Below, piece by piece: positions 35,812 to 48,921 of a DNA stretch of 64,000 nucleotides. The position numbers and the translations under genes are program-made. This stretch comes from Okamejei kenojei (Eukaryota): the NCBI GenBank assembly GCA_035221665.1, contig CM069148.1:28768001-28832000 (forward strand). Direction: 5' to 3'. The stretch's first letter is position 1; each line of letters starts with the position of its first letter. The notes beneath the pieces are model-generated. The model did not search any database. It was not told the origin of the DNA and was given only the letters and a program-made list of their open reading frames with translations.

Positions 35812-38700
35812 AACAATATGTTTTACTAGGGTGAGATCAGGAAATTCACAACAACCGAATTTTCATTGTTGAAGCAAGAAACAAAATGAAGAGAGGGGAA
35901 TGTGAGGGCCATTTTACAGCTTTCCAAACTAGCCAGGACAGCGAGAGCAATTTGACTGGAAAATGGAACACAATTTGTGCACTGTGTACCATAAGCATGT
36001 TGTTATTTTGACTGCCCAAGTGTGAGGAACAACATCTTCGAACGTCACTGTGAAGAGGGAGGATCAGATGTTATATCGGAACACCACCTATTTTCAATTG
36101 TTTTGAATCGCAGCCTTTTAATGCCAATTTTCCATGATTTCAGCTAGCAGCACTTTAACTGAACAGACTGTAAGGCAAGAGTCAGGGATGTTAACAGCCA
36201 CTAGCTTAAACATTATATTGCCACAATTTCTTTAAGAGACAATATTGCTTGCATGAATGAACCCGAGTACCTCAAGTAACTGCCAATTGTTCCTGTGTGA
36301 CCAATCTTTTTTCTTCTGTTAAATAATCTCCCTTTTATCAGCAATAAAGCACTGACAATGCTCCATAAAATTATACTGTAAATTTGTGATCTGTATTGCA
36401 TATTTTTACATTATAGATCACAAATAGGAAAGTTATTGCTGGTACTCTGTGAAATACCGATTCTTGTACAGAAATGAGTTGAAGACCTGTATCTAAATAG
36501 TAATCAAAGGGATCCAGTGGAAATAAAAATCATAATTACTCATTAATTGCTGAGCCATATAAATATTATACATCACTTCACAATCTTCATAAAATTATAC
36601 ATTTTTAATGAGATCTATAATTTTGTGATTGCGAACTGCATAGCTTCTGGACATCAAGCAGTGAACTAATCTGGCCGTCATTTTTCACGGCCAACCCCAC
36701 TAAAAGTAACATTCAGCATTTAAAAGGGAGTGAATACGAAATATAAATTTTCATTGAAGCTTCTCAATCACATCGTCAATTTTTTGCTAATAACTGATTA
36801 ATCAAGAACCTCCAATGATTTCCCTTTCCCAGCAAACATAAAAAATACTTAAATCTCATTTCAAAACATTTTACATTGAAGATAAGGATATTATCAACCG
36901 GACTCACCTTTTTAAAAATAAGTTGTTATCGGAAATTATGTTGTGTAAATAAGGAGTATCGCCAATTCTATTAAATTGTCCATTCCCTCCACAGATGCTG
37001 CCTGACTTGCTGAGTTCCTCCTGCACTTTGTGTTATACTCATTGCCTCACTATCAGCAGCCAAAACGTAGTTGACTCAAACACATTCCCTGTCAAATGTT
37101 ACAAACAGCCCGTTGCATTTTCCTATTAAATGTAAAAGCTTATTTTTTAAAGATAAAATAATACAACTCTCAGCTGGGTTGTCATTTTAATACCTGATTG
37201 TTCTTGCATTTTGATAAATTGCCTGCTGTGCTTCCATTTTCCTTAATGGAATAGCACAGAAGTAAATTTAATGTGTTCTTTAAAAAATTGCCTCTGGCAC
37301 TCATCTTCCCAATAACAATTTTGTTTTCTTTTTCCAAAATATCATGTTAAATGTTGTGTGGGTTCAGCGAGAAATATGCGAAGACTATGTCTGTTCATCC
37401 CGCAGATTTATTTTATAAATTCTCCATAAATATTTAAAATGTGAAAATGCTTTGGTAAGCATCTCCCATAGTAAATACAACCCCCAGCCGGCAGAGTTAT
37501 TGTGGTACCCACACTGTTGAGTGCATATAATTGCAGTATGGCAAGCATGTACTGTAAATACAAATATCATTTATAAAATATGTTCAAATGAAACCAATAT
37601 AGGAATCAAATCATGCTCACACAATCTGCTCCATCCATCAATTATTTAGTGAGTTGACATGTTAAAAATGTTGTGAGTAGAAGCTCATATTTAACTATAC
37701 CGTAGAAACAAGGAACTGCAGATGCTGGTTTGCAAAGAAAGACACAAAGTGTTGGAATAATTCAGCAGGTCACTGGGGAACATGGATAGGTGACGTTTTG
37801 GTCGGGAGACTTCTATAACTATACTATTTGTTTTCTGTAACTTTTTACTTCATGTTCTTTCCAATCAACAGCCTACTGCATCTTTCCATTATATTTGAGT
37901 TTTTTTTAAATAATCCAACTCCACCCAACTCAGCCCAAGTATCTGAATGAGCCTTGAAACGTTCATGACTTGGCCACAACTTGCTGGTGTCATTCTGGGC
38001 TCCCTCGAACATTAGCCATTTCCATACACTGACCCATCTTCTTCCTTACATCTTGGCGTCTTGACTCAATTTCCTTTGCCGTACCAACCTTCGAAAAGTG
38101 TGTTCACTGTTTCCTGGGGTGGGGGGGGGGGGGATCTTTCTCTGGCGCCCACAAAGGTCCTTGACATGCTGAGCTAAGGACAATTATTAATCATTTATGT
38201 TGCATGACGTACCAACATCGTAACTGCCAGCATACAAGTAATAATTTCAGCTAAATTGTCTTGGGTAATAAAAATAATGAGAGATTTGCACTTTTGTAAA
38301 ACTTATGGAGCCTAACAAACTTCATTCTGTTTCAGTCCATTTACCCCCAAGGTATCAAGACTTGTGCACTAACACTCCAGCCAATTATTTTTCTAATTCT
38401 GCTCCTGTTCCTCTCATTCCTTCCAGACATGAAGATCAATGACCCTGTATCAATATTGTCCCTATTGCTTTCATGCACACGGCAAACGCTCCACAGCTCA
38501 GCTTGTCTCTTATCAAGGTTTACACTTGTAGTACATTTTGCATAATAGACTCTCCCCCGTGTTTCTATTCTTGAACATTATATTATCTTTGATTTAAATG
38601 CACAGAATTATTAAGTATCATGAGTGTTTAATTGTTATAAGCAGCAGAACAATGACATTCTCACTTGCTGCAGCTTTGCAAGCCCATAAACACAATAACA

Positions 38701-38703
<3 letters not shown>

Positions 38704-38749
<46 letters not shown>
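38704..38749. repeat. (TA)n microsatellite
   Basis: Directly visible. Confidence 0.98.
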
Positions 38750-38755
<6 letters not shown>

Positions 38756-38819
38756 AATATATACAATAATCAATATTCCTGGAAATAAAGTCCTAAAATT
38801 CAAGACATTTGAATTTGAA

Positions 38820-39106
38820 GGATACAGCATGGAAACAGGCCCTTCAGTCCACTGATTCTGCACCAGTCTTTGATCACCCGTTCACCTTATTTTACAGGTG
38901 CAATTTACAGAAGTCAATTAACCTACAAACCCACATTCACAGGAAGAACATTCTTTCTGATGTGGGAGGAAAGCAGAGTACGCGGAGAAAACCCACATTC
39001 ACAGGAAGAACGAGCAAACTCCACACAGACAGCACACGAGGTCAGGATTGAGCCCGGGTCTCTGGCTTTTGTGGCAGAGGCTCTACCAGCTGTGACACTG
39101 TGCTGT
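38820..39106 (-). mobile_element. HE1-type V-SINE
   Basis: Reverse complement of the SINE consensus seen at 35470-35811. Confidence 0.85.
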
Positions 39107-40169
39107 TCCTGTACACATTTGTTCACATAATTGCACTGAAAGATCTTGAAAAGGCCTGCGATCAAAGTCTAGGGTTTAGACATTAGTTTGCCTCTGCAAA
39201 TACTGTAAGATTGCAGGTATTCAAAATGCTTAGGGTAAATATTTACTCTGTGATGAATTGGGAAAAAGGGACATGATTTTTAAACCTTTAAACTGGAACA
39301 TTATGGAAACAAAATCAGGAAATACAATTTTCCCCTAAAATGGTGATTATAAATATCAGAATCATTTTAATCTGACCTCCCCTTTCCCCTAAAATATAAT
39401 TTTAACCCTAATGTAGATAGTTTATTGCTAGTTGAGAGTATTAAGGAACTTGAAATAAAGGTACAATAATGATACAAGTCAGCCGTCTCACACCTTCCCT
39501 TCTTATATCTGGCCTTTGTTCCAAACATCTGACTATCATAAAAAAAAACCTCACCCATGTTAACCTCAGCCTGCCATACTTTGTTTTGCCTCTCCCCTTT
39601 TCCAGTTTTCCTCTCCCCCTACAATTATTTTTCTCCAGAGATGCTGTCTGTCCGGCTGAGTTACTCCAGCTTTTTTGTGTCTATCTTCTGTTTAAACCAG
39701 CACCTGCAGCCTCTCCATGTTCACCAGAGATGCTGCCTGAGCAAAGTTACTCCAGCACTTTGTGTCATTTAGTGTTAACCAGCATCTGCAGATCCTTGTT
39801 TCTACAAGTCAACAGTCGTTTGAATATGAAGTAGGTTCAAGAGTCTCTGTGGAAGTGTACCAGGTGTATGAACAGAGATACTTCCCCGAACATATCCTCT
39901 GCCCTTCCTCCTTTGATGTTTATCCAAAGAGATATTCGGAATGGAGGATTGCTGACAGGTTTATGATTGTGAAATACTTTGAAATACCTATACCTTGTTT
40001 GATAAAGAATGAAATGAAACCATTCTTGAACAAGGAAGAGAACGAGATCAGGATCTGAATCTTCTGGAAGGAAAATGCTTTCCCATTTGTGGAATACGTT
40101 CAAGTGTCTGAATTGCCGACTCCAATAATTAATCCTCCTTTCCTCATGGTTTAACTTCAGAAACACATA

Positions 40170-40562
40170 GTGGTAAACCCAGTGTTCATTTTGAATTTCT
40201 CCCCACCCTGATGTGCATCTAATTCTTCCACTATCTAGTCCCTCTTAACCCCACATCCACCCCTCCATTACCCTTCCACCTATAGCCCTTCCTTTGGCTT
40301 TACATCACACTCCTCTCTTTATCTGACAAGTTTTTGTCTCCTTTTCCCCTCTAGTCTTTGTCACTTCACCCATCTGTCAATCACCCCCCCCCCCCACCTG
40401 TATCCTCCTATCACTTGCTTGTTATTGTCCCACCCCACCTCTTTTTCAGCTTTCTTCCCCCTACTATTATCAGTCTGAAGAAGGGTCCCAACCCGAAACA
40501 TCGCCGAGCCGTGTTCTCCGGGGATGCCATCCTGACGTTGAGTTGCTCCAGTACTTTGTGTT
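40170..40562 (+). mobile_element. Penelope-like element 3' end + pLTR
   Basis: Pyrimidine-rich tract, then CAGTCTGAAGAAGGGTCCCAACCCGAAACATC; same layout as 61990-62200. Confidence 0.7.
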
Positions 40563-41734
40563 TTGTCCAGTTTGAATTGTCCTGTTTTGGTGAACAGTCC
40601 ATATGCAGACTAGATAGACACCAGATAGATGTGTGTCATTATTTTACCTGAATGAGAACAGATTGGCTATTGGTGCAGGTAGTTCTGTACCACAGAGGAA
40701 TGCATCTCCTCAGTAATATTGCCAGGAACAGTGACCCAGTGCACAGTCTGAAGAAGGGTCCTGATCCGAAACATTACCCATCCATGATCTCCAGTGTTGC
40801 TGCCTGACCTGCTGAGATACTCTAGCACTTTGTGTCCAACAATGGTTTTCGCTGTGTCTATGCACTCTGCCATATCTGGATGTCAGATATATGGGTCAAA
40901 TTAGCTGATTCCAAAATCTGTGATGGTAGCGACTTGGAAAGGAGCATGGAATGAATCATCTTTACAGTGCTCCTGGTGACAAGATTGTGACAAACATTGC
41001 AACCTTGTCTTTTGCATCACAAGGACTCTGCTGCCTTTGAAAGGTGAGACCCATATTCGCCTCTTCTTGCTAGTTGCTTAATTATCCACCATCATTGAGG
41101 TCCTCATGTAGCAACCTGTTGTGTTAATGATGACGTTACTTGGCTCTATCTATAGCATTATGATGGAGCTATTTTCCATGCATGGCACCCTGGATTATTT
41201 ACAGCCAGACCTGGTGCTTCTCCTGACATGCTCTTCCACAGCTCGTACTGAACCCGAGTAGATGTTGTTGGAGAATACTTTTGGCCTGCAATCTTAAAGC
41301 AAGAAAGCAGGGAATTCAACCCAACATGCCTCTGTTAGCTCCTTAGAAGATCATTCCAGTTAGTGCCAGATTGTGATATTTCCATATTGGTATGATTTAT
41401 TTTCTTCCCTCCTTCTGGTACTTCTTTTGAAAGTTGCTGTTGAATCAACATCCACCACTTTAAAACGTTGCGTAATAACTTGCTAAGTCTTTGATTTTAC
41501 TTGTCTATGAGATGCTTAGCCATGTATTGCAGATAGAAGTGCTGTGCAATTTAGTTGTGGTTAATGGTCCACAGCTGGTTGTGGACGCTGGATATATTCT
41601 TAATCCCAGCGACTAGGCACAGCGGTTCCAATGTAGGTCATCAAATGCATCAAACCCGAGGAAAAATCCTTGTTTACGCATGGTTGTGAGTTTGTCAAAT
41701 GCTGGCTTACACAGATCTTTTGTGTAAACCAGCA

Positions 41735-42005
41735 TCAGCAGTTCTTTTTTGGCTGTCATCAGGCAACTGAACCACCCCATCAACAACTAGAGAGCAGCCC
41801 TGAGCTACTAACTACCTCATTGGAGACCCTCGGATTATCTTTAATCTGACTTTTCTGGATTTTATTTTGTGCTCAATGTTATTCCCTTTATCCTGTATCA
41901 GTACACTGTGGACGGCTCGATTGTAATCAAGGATAGTCTATCGTTAGCATGCAACAAAAAGCTTTTCACTATACCTCAGTACACGTGACAATAAACAAAA
42001 CTATA
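41735..42005 (+). mobile_element. Rex1/Babar-like LINE 3' tail
   Basis: Ends GCTTTTCACTATACCTCAGTACACGTGACAATAAAC; related tails at ~25870-25950 and ~30570-30875. Confidence 0.55.
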
Positions 42006-42757
42006 CTATATTTTGACTGCTCCACTGCAAAATCTCTTCAAGGTATGCCTACTTTGAAGAAGTTATTTTCCTCTATCCAGCAGTTTGAAGAATACCGAGC
42101 CGAAACGTCACCTATCCATGTTAGTTCCTCCCATCTGTGCCCTGCTTGACAAACGGAAGTACACCAGGTGCGTGGACACTGATACCTCACACAGCAATAA
42201 CTGTTCTAAAGAGATTAGCAGCACCCATACTCTATATTCTCTGCTAAAACATGCTTTGGTCATTTTTGTTTTCAGAATAATAATACAGCTGGCAATGGAC
42301 ATTCCTTCCTTGCAGAACCTTGGCATTATGATTACATTTTTTCCTCTTGCAGCTGAGAACTGCAAATATGTTTTGCTTCACCCTAACTCATCTCTGATTA
42401 TTTTCTATTTTAAAACTAAGATTTATTACGTTATTTCTGCCTGGATTTTTCCAAGGACCTCAAATCTCTAGGGCACCCGTCTTAACCTTCATCTATATTT
42501 CCTTTTCATTCTGTAATCTTCTGATATCCATGTTAATTTTCAACTAGCCATTGGATCACCTGACATTTTTTTATTCATGTAAAATTGGGGTGTCTGATTA
42601 CTGAAGATAGCGAGGATCATCTCCATAAGCGGTGTCTGTAGTTGGAATGCATTACACCCGTGCTCTTTCCTCAGTTAATGTTTTATTTTCTCCATGATAA
42701 CACAAGAATAAACTCCCCAGGCACCAAAGGGCCTGTTTCTGCGCTGTATCGCTAAAC

Positions 42758-42830
42758 CAGGGGTCTCCAAACTATGGCCCCCTGGCCACATCCGACCCGC
42801 CACGAGATTTTATCCGGCCCACAGCAAGCT
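42758..42830 (+). mobile_element. hAT (Charlie-like) DNA transposon end fragment
   Basis: CAGGGGTCTCCAAACTATGGCCC...GGCCACATCCGACCCGCC is a typical hAT-Charlie terminus; the other end was not found. Confidence 0.6.
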
Positions 42831-42881
42831 CTTAACACGTTCCGTGCAGCGGGCTATTTGGTGGGTTCTGTGGTAACGCAG

Positions 42882-43128
42882 CTTTAGAGATACAGCGCAG
42901 AAACCGGCCCTTCGGCCCATCGAAACGATGCCCGTACGCACTAGCACTATCCTACACACACTCGGGACAAATTCAATTAACCTGCAAACGTGGAGCGTGG
43001 GAGGAAACCAGAACAACCGGAGAAAACCCAGGCAGGTACAAATTCCATACAGACAGCACTCATAGTCAGGATGGACCCCGGGTCTCTGGCGCTGTGAGGC
43101 AGCGACTCTACCACCGCACCACCGTGCC
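42882..43128 (-). mobile_element. HE1-type V-SINE
   Basis: TTTAGAGATACAGCGC...CTCTACCACCGCACCACCGTGCC is the reverse complement of the SINE. Confidence 0.88.
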
Positions 43129-43299
43129 AATGCTCCTGTGTTGCAAAGGCAAGTTGTGTGGGGTGGTAGCATGGGGTGGAGAGTGGAGTGAGGGGGAGGG
43201 GGTGAAGGGGGAGAGCTAGTTGGCAGCAGGGTCGCTGTGTAGCAGTCTCCCCCCCCCCATGAGGGTGACCCGTGAACAGCTCCTGCTCCAGCAACGCAT

Positions 43300-43535
43300 G
43301 TCTCCCCTCCTATCTCTCTCGCTCTCTGTCCCTCCTCTCCCTCTCCCCCTCCCTCTCCCCATCCCTCTCCCTCCCTCTCTCCCTCCTTCTCTCTCCCTCT
43401 CTCTCTTCCTTTCTCCCTCCCAATCCCCCTCTCTCTTCCCTCTCCATTCTCTCTCCCCCCCCCCCTCACCCCCATCACTTTCCTCTCCTCTCTCTCCCCC
43501 TTCTCTCTCTCTCTCTCCCCATTCTCTCTCTCCTT
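43300..43535. repeat. CT-rich low-complexity tract
   Basis: Almost pure pyrimidine run; explains the spurious E/R/G-rich and P/S/L-rich ORFs. Confidence 0.95.
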
Positions 43536-45805
43536 TGGCCAAACTTGCCCACACCGGCCAACAATGTCCCAGCTACCCTAATCCCACTTGCCTGCGCTTG
43601 GTCCATAACCCCCAAACCTATCCTATCCATGTACCTGTCCAACTCTTTCTTAAATGATGGGATAGTCCCAGCCTCAACTACCTCCTCTGGCAGCTTGTTC
43701 CATTCACTAACCACCCTCTGTGTGGAAAAAGTTACCCCTCGGATTCCTATTAAATCTTTTCCCCTTCACCTTGAACCTATGTCCTCTGGTTCTCGATTCC
43801 CCTACTCTGGTTAAAAGACTCTGTGCATCTACCCGATCTATTTCTCACATGATTTTATATACCTCTATAAGATCTCCCTTCATCCTCCTGCGCTCCATGG
43901 AATAAAGACCCAGCCTACTCAACCTCTCCCCATAGCTCTAGTCCTGGCATCCTCGTAAATGTTTTCTGAACCCTTTCAAGCTTGACAATATCTTTCCTAT
44001 AACATGGTGCCCAGAACTGAACACAATGCTCTAAATGCAGTCTCAACAACATCTTATACAACTACAACATGACCTCCCAACTTCTATACTCAATACTCTG
44101 ACTGATGAAGGCCAAAGTGCCAAAAGCCTTTTTGATCATTTTATCTACCTGCGACTCGACCTTCAAGGAGCCATGCACTTGTACTCCTAGATCCCTCTGC
44201 TCTACAACACTACCCAGGGGCCTACCATTTACTGTGTAGGTCCTGCCCTTGTTCGACGTCCCAAAATGCAACACCTCCCACTTCTCTGTATGAAATTCCT
44301 CCGCCCACCTGGCCAATCGTTCCGGATCCTGCTGCAATCGTTCACAACCATCTTCACTATCTGCAAAACCACTAACTTTTGTATCATCAGTAAACCTGCT
44401 AATCTTGCCCTGTATGTTCTCATCCAAATCATTGATGTAGATGACAAACAGTAATGAGCCAGCACCGAACCCTGAGGCACACCACTAGTCGCAGTCCTCC
44501 ATTCTGAGAAGCAACCTTCCACCATCACCCTCTGCTTCCTTCCATGGAGCCAATTTGCTATCCATTCAGCTACCTCTCCTTGGATCCCATGAGATCTAAC
44601 CTTCCAGAGCAGCCTATCATGCGGCCCCTTGTCGAACGCCGTACTGAAGTCCATGTACACAAGATCTACAGATCTGCCTTCATCAATCTTTTTGCTCATG
44701 TCTTCAAAAAAATCAATCAGATTTGTGACACACGACCTCCTACGTACAAGACCATAAGATGTTGGTAAATACAGAGAGGAATTACTCATTGAGGACCTTG
44801 TCCATCTCCTGTGGCTCCACAGAGAGGTGACCGCTTTTATTCCTGAGAGGTCCCATCTCTCTCTCTAGTTACCCTTTTCCCCCTTATGTATTTATAAAAT
44901 CTTTTGGGATTGTCTTTTATGCTACCCACCAGAGCTATCTCCTGGCTCCTTTTTGCCCTTCTGATCTTTTTTAGTTTGCTCCTTAGTTCCCAAAACTCCT
45001 CTGGGGATGCACTTGATTCCAGCTGCCTATACCTGTCCCATGCATCCTTCTTGTTTTTGACTAACATCTCAAATTCCCTCGTCAGCCAAGATTCCTTACA
45101 TTTGCCTGCTTTGCCTTTCACTCTAACGGGGACGTACACATCCTGATCTCTCTTCAGTACACTTTTAAAAACATCCCACTTGGCCGATTTTCCTTTTCCC
45201 TCAGATAACCTGCTCCAGTCAACTTGAGCAAGACCTTTTCTCATACCCTCAAAGTTTGCTTTAACCCGGTTGAGCATTTTAACACGCGGACCCTCTCCGT
45301 CCCGATCCATAACTATCTTAAACCTAATCAAACTGTGGTCACTCGTCCCAAAAGGCTCCCCCACACACACTTCATTAATTTGCCCTTCCCAATTTCCCAA
45401 TACTAGATCCAGCGTTGCCCTCTCACGTGTGGGGGCCTCCACATACTGTTTAAGAAAACTCTCCTGAATACTTTTGAGGAATTGCACCCCATCTAAACCC
45501 TTCACGCTATGGTTTTCCCGGTCTATATTGGGAAAGTTGAAATCCCCTACTACAACAACCTTATTTGACCTGTAGCTGTCTGCAATCTCCCGGCACATTT
45601 TTTCTTCTAATTCTTGTTGACTATTTGGGGGTCTGTAGTACACCCCCAACAAGGTGATCATCCCTTTCTTGTTCCTCAGCTCCACCCATATAGCGTAACT
45701 AGACGAACCATCCGTAATGCCACCTCTGAACACAGCCGTGACATCCTCCTTAACCATCAATGCAACCACCTTTCTTCTTTTTTCCTCACCCCTGTCTCTC
45801 CTAAA
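43535..45805 (-). mobile_element. CR1/HER1 LINE with AP endonuclease and internally deleted RT (decayed)
   Basis: ORF 44837-45895 has APE motifs (GVYYRPP, VVGDFNFP, TRERATLDLVL, SDH). ORFs 44229-44789 and 44062-44427 have RT motifs (YMDFSTAFDK, SGVPQGSVL, FTDDTK) broken by frameshifts. Confidence 0.95.
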
Positions 45806-45809
45806 GCTC

Positions 45810-48800
45810 CTTATCCATGTTCTCCAGAGATGCTGCCTGACCCACTGAGTTACTCCAGTACTTTGTGTTCTTTTGATGAAGAGAGGAACCATCATTTGAA
45901 GGTTTAACTAGCCATTTCTTCACAGACCAGTGTTGAGTGTCTCATGTGGTGTGTTTCTATGACTTCATTATGAAATGTTGCTTCTGGCAAACTTACAAAT
46001 AATAAAAGCAGTTTGGACTATGGTGGACTATGTATGTGAGTGTTCAACTCAAGGACTGCACTTCCTGAACATTTAGTTTTGGAATGCTTTCGAAAGTTTG
46101 AGGTTGTAAAAATGCACAGTACAAATATTCATTTTTCTTCTCACTAATTTTGCAAAACTAAGAAGAAAACTTGAGAGAGACCCAATACCAAGTTTTCATT
46201 GTGACTACAAGAGTAACATAAAATATATTAGAGCAGCTTTGCCCTGTGCTGTAAGTAGGGTCTACTATTCTGTGTATGTACAATAAATCCACATATCCTT
46301 TATGTAGGACATGCTGGTTACTTCCCTGAAACATCTCAATTCCTTGCGCTGCTTTGGAATTTAAGACACCTCTAAGAAGGAGAATCACGTGTTATATTGT
46401 CGTGTTTAAAGACAATGGAAGAATGAATTTCTTAATGAGCCCGTACCAGCAATATACACGAATGAATATAACAATCCTAAACATTAAATAAACTACTTTA
46501 CATAATACTAGTACAAATAAAATGTTTATACGCTATATAACTATGACTGAATTTCTTTAGTCATTATCCATCTTGAAATGATAACAATGGATTTTGGAGT
46601 TCTCTCAACAATTTGAAAGTATAGCTTTAAGAGCCTTTATCAAAACCAAAGAATGCAAAGCAGCAAATACACGCAAATAAAATGTAATTGCTCAGATTTT
46701 GTGGATCAGACATTGGGGTTCCTGAGCCAGAGAGTAAATATTCCTGCCTGTTGTCATAAATTTTCATAGATGTCAGTGAGAGTACAATTTGCAGTATGGT
46801 AGAGTTGCACTTCACAGATATACAGTCCCACTGCAGATGATTGGACTGTTTCTTCCTTTATGGCAGACTGCCACAAAATCCATGAATCTTGGTGCATGGA
46901 ATTTACAAAATAGCTAGTACATAGAATGGAGTACGTGTCCTTAAACATTTTATGGTTTATGGCATCTTAACATCTTGTTTTATTGCCTTGTAATATTTTT
47001 TACCGTTTATATATTCCTTCATACTGCTTGAATTGTGTCCCAAGTATTTGAGCAACATATATATATTGTTTTGTATATGTTTCATATCAGAATTTTAATT
47101 AATATATTATGTAAGAATTTTTGCTTCTGGTTATCCAGAATACAATGCAAGAGTAATTGTGTGTGCCTTTGTTAGAACCATATACACTGATGATACAGAC
47201 ATTTAGTGACTCTTCGGAGGTACTGTTTCTTTCTGTGTCGACTATACAGTTGTAAATGCGGCCCGTTCTTCATTTACACAGCAAATTGATTGTCAAATAT
47301 TTATGGAGCATAGGCAGGAGAGCAATGATTTAATTCCAATATAATTTGGGCTGCTCCGATATAAGAATATTGACTATAAGCTGAGACTGATTTTACTGCT
47401 GATTCTATCTACACTTAGAGATTAACAATAAATTATGTTATTCCTCTCTCATTGCGAGGCAACACTGCACGGTGGCTTTATAATGAAGCTTAAATGAAAC
47501 AATCTGCATATACTACATGGAACGTGCTTCTGACCATCCTCACTGTTTGCTCCCAGCAGATTTATGTGATAATTTAAAAATAAGTTAAGGGACAAAGTAT
47601 CCTCTGATTAAATATCTCTGCTAATTATATAGCTTGCAAGCATTTATTTATTATTGAATGATTTCTTTCTTATAGGCTGAGTAATGCTATTAGAATTTTA
47701 AATCCTTTGAATAGCTAAAAAAATGCAGAGGTAATGTGGTGATCTGGCTCCATCCTGTATCTAAATGCAACATTTCCTCCAGGTGTCCTAGGTCAAGGAT
47801 TATGGTATCTGTTCATCCCTCAAGCTGTCTGTAAACCTATATGTTTAATTGTTTTTCAAATCCTGCAAGCAAAATCTTTCTCTCAATCCTGCCTTTTTCC
47901 TTTATTTGTAGCTTCCTCTTCCAGCTGTCCATGTTAATTGTGGTTAAACGTCAGCTGTTCCAGTACTTGCTGCTCCACCTGTCTGTGACTCTTCAGTGTC
48001 TGAAACTCTGCAATTTTGTTTCTCGCTGCAGCCTGTTTCTATTTTTGTACTTTTCTTCCACCCACTCTATCTCCCCCCACACTGTTTAAAAACACTCTGC
48101 TTTGCTTACAGACTGCTTTCTCAGACCCAGAGACTTCATCAACTTAACAGAAGCTGTACGAACCAACATTAAATCCTGTTTACAGCACTAGCCGTGAATA
48201 GTTGCTAATGATTTGATGCTAACGCCTCTTTTCAGTTGCTCTTTGGCTTGACTCTCTTGCCTTCTTTTTCCACTCTTCACTGTGTCTCATCATCATCCTC
48301 TCAATCATCAAACATTGATGAATCCTAATACTGACTAACCTCTGCCTGCCTCCTGTGTTCCCTTCTCTTGTGGCATAACAGAAGCCTGTATGTGTACCTG
48401 TGTGTGTGTGTGTGCGTGTGTGTGCGTACCTATGTGAGTCTTTGTCTGTGTTAATGCCAGAACTTGAGAGTTATTATGCTGACAAAGGATGTCCTCAATC
48501 CTCTGATGGCACGTAGCATGATAGCCACATAAAGGTTCCAAGTAGAACTGCTTCTGACGTATTGGCTGCTTTCTCTCAGAAGGGAATCTGCTAAGAATTT
48601 AACCAAAGTAAGTCGAGAACATTTAAAGGTCTGAAAGCTACATTTCATTGAGCAATTATGCCATAAATTATCTATTTAATTCAAGAAATGTTCAAAAAAT
48701 ATTAAATATAATTTCAAAAAATCCGTCAATCGATTTGTAACTTTGCCGGAAGCAAAATTTCATAATGAGGTCACAGACACACACCAAATGACAAACCCAA

Positions 48801-48921
48801 CTGGTCTGTGAAGCAATGGCTAGTTGAACCTTCAAATGATGGTTCCTCTTTTCCCCAAAAGAACACAAAGTGCTGGAGTAACTCAGCAGGTCAGGCAGCA
48901 TCTCTGGTGACCATGGATAAG
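45810..48921. repeat. ~190-bp inverted repeat pair (45810-46000 / 48733-48921)
   Basis: For example GAGGAACCATCATTTGAAGGTTTAACTAGCCATT versus AATGGCTAGTTGAACCTTCAAATGATGGTTCCTC. The homology extends well beyond the pLTR portion. Confidence 0.9.
48382..48387 (+). other. Candidate 6-nt frame-preserving microexon (AAGCCT)
   Basis: ~145-nt AG-free zone, TACTGACTAAC branch point, pyrimidine tract, CAG acceptor at 48379-48381, GTATGT donor at 48388, then (TG)n. Confidence 0.4.

Noticed and set aside
40475-40780. Two nearby sense hammerhead-like cores (~40475 and ~40748) as an active dimer
   Set aside because: Both have lost the stem-III ACGU palindrome (now ACAU, consistent with CpG decay), so dimer pairing is unlikely.
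42810-43814. Long E/R/G-rich and P/S/L-rich ORFs
   Set aside because: They are translations of the CT-rich low-complexity tract plus SINE and CR1 sequence.
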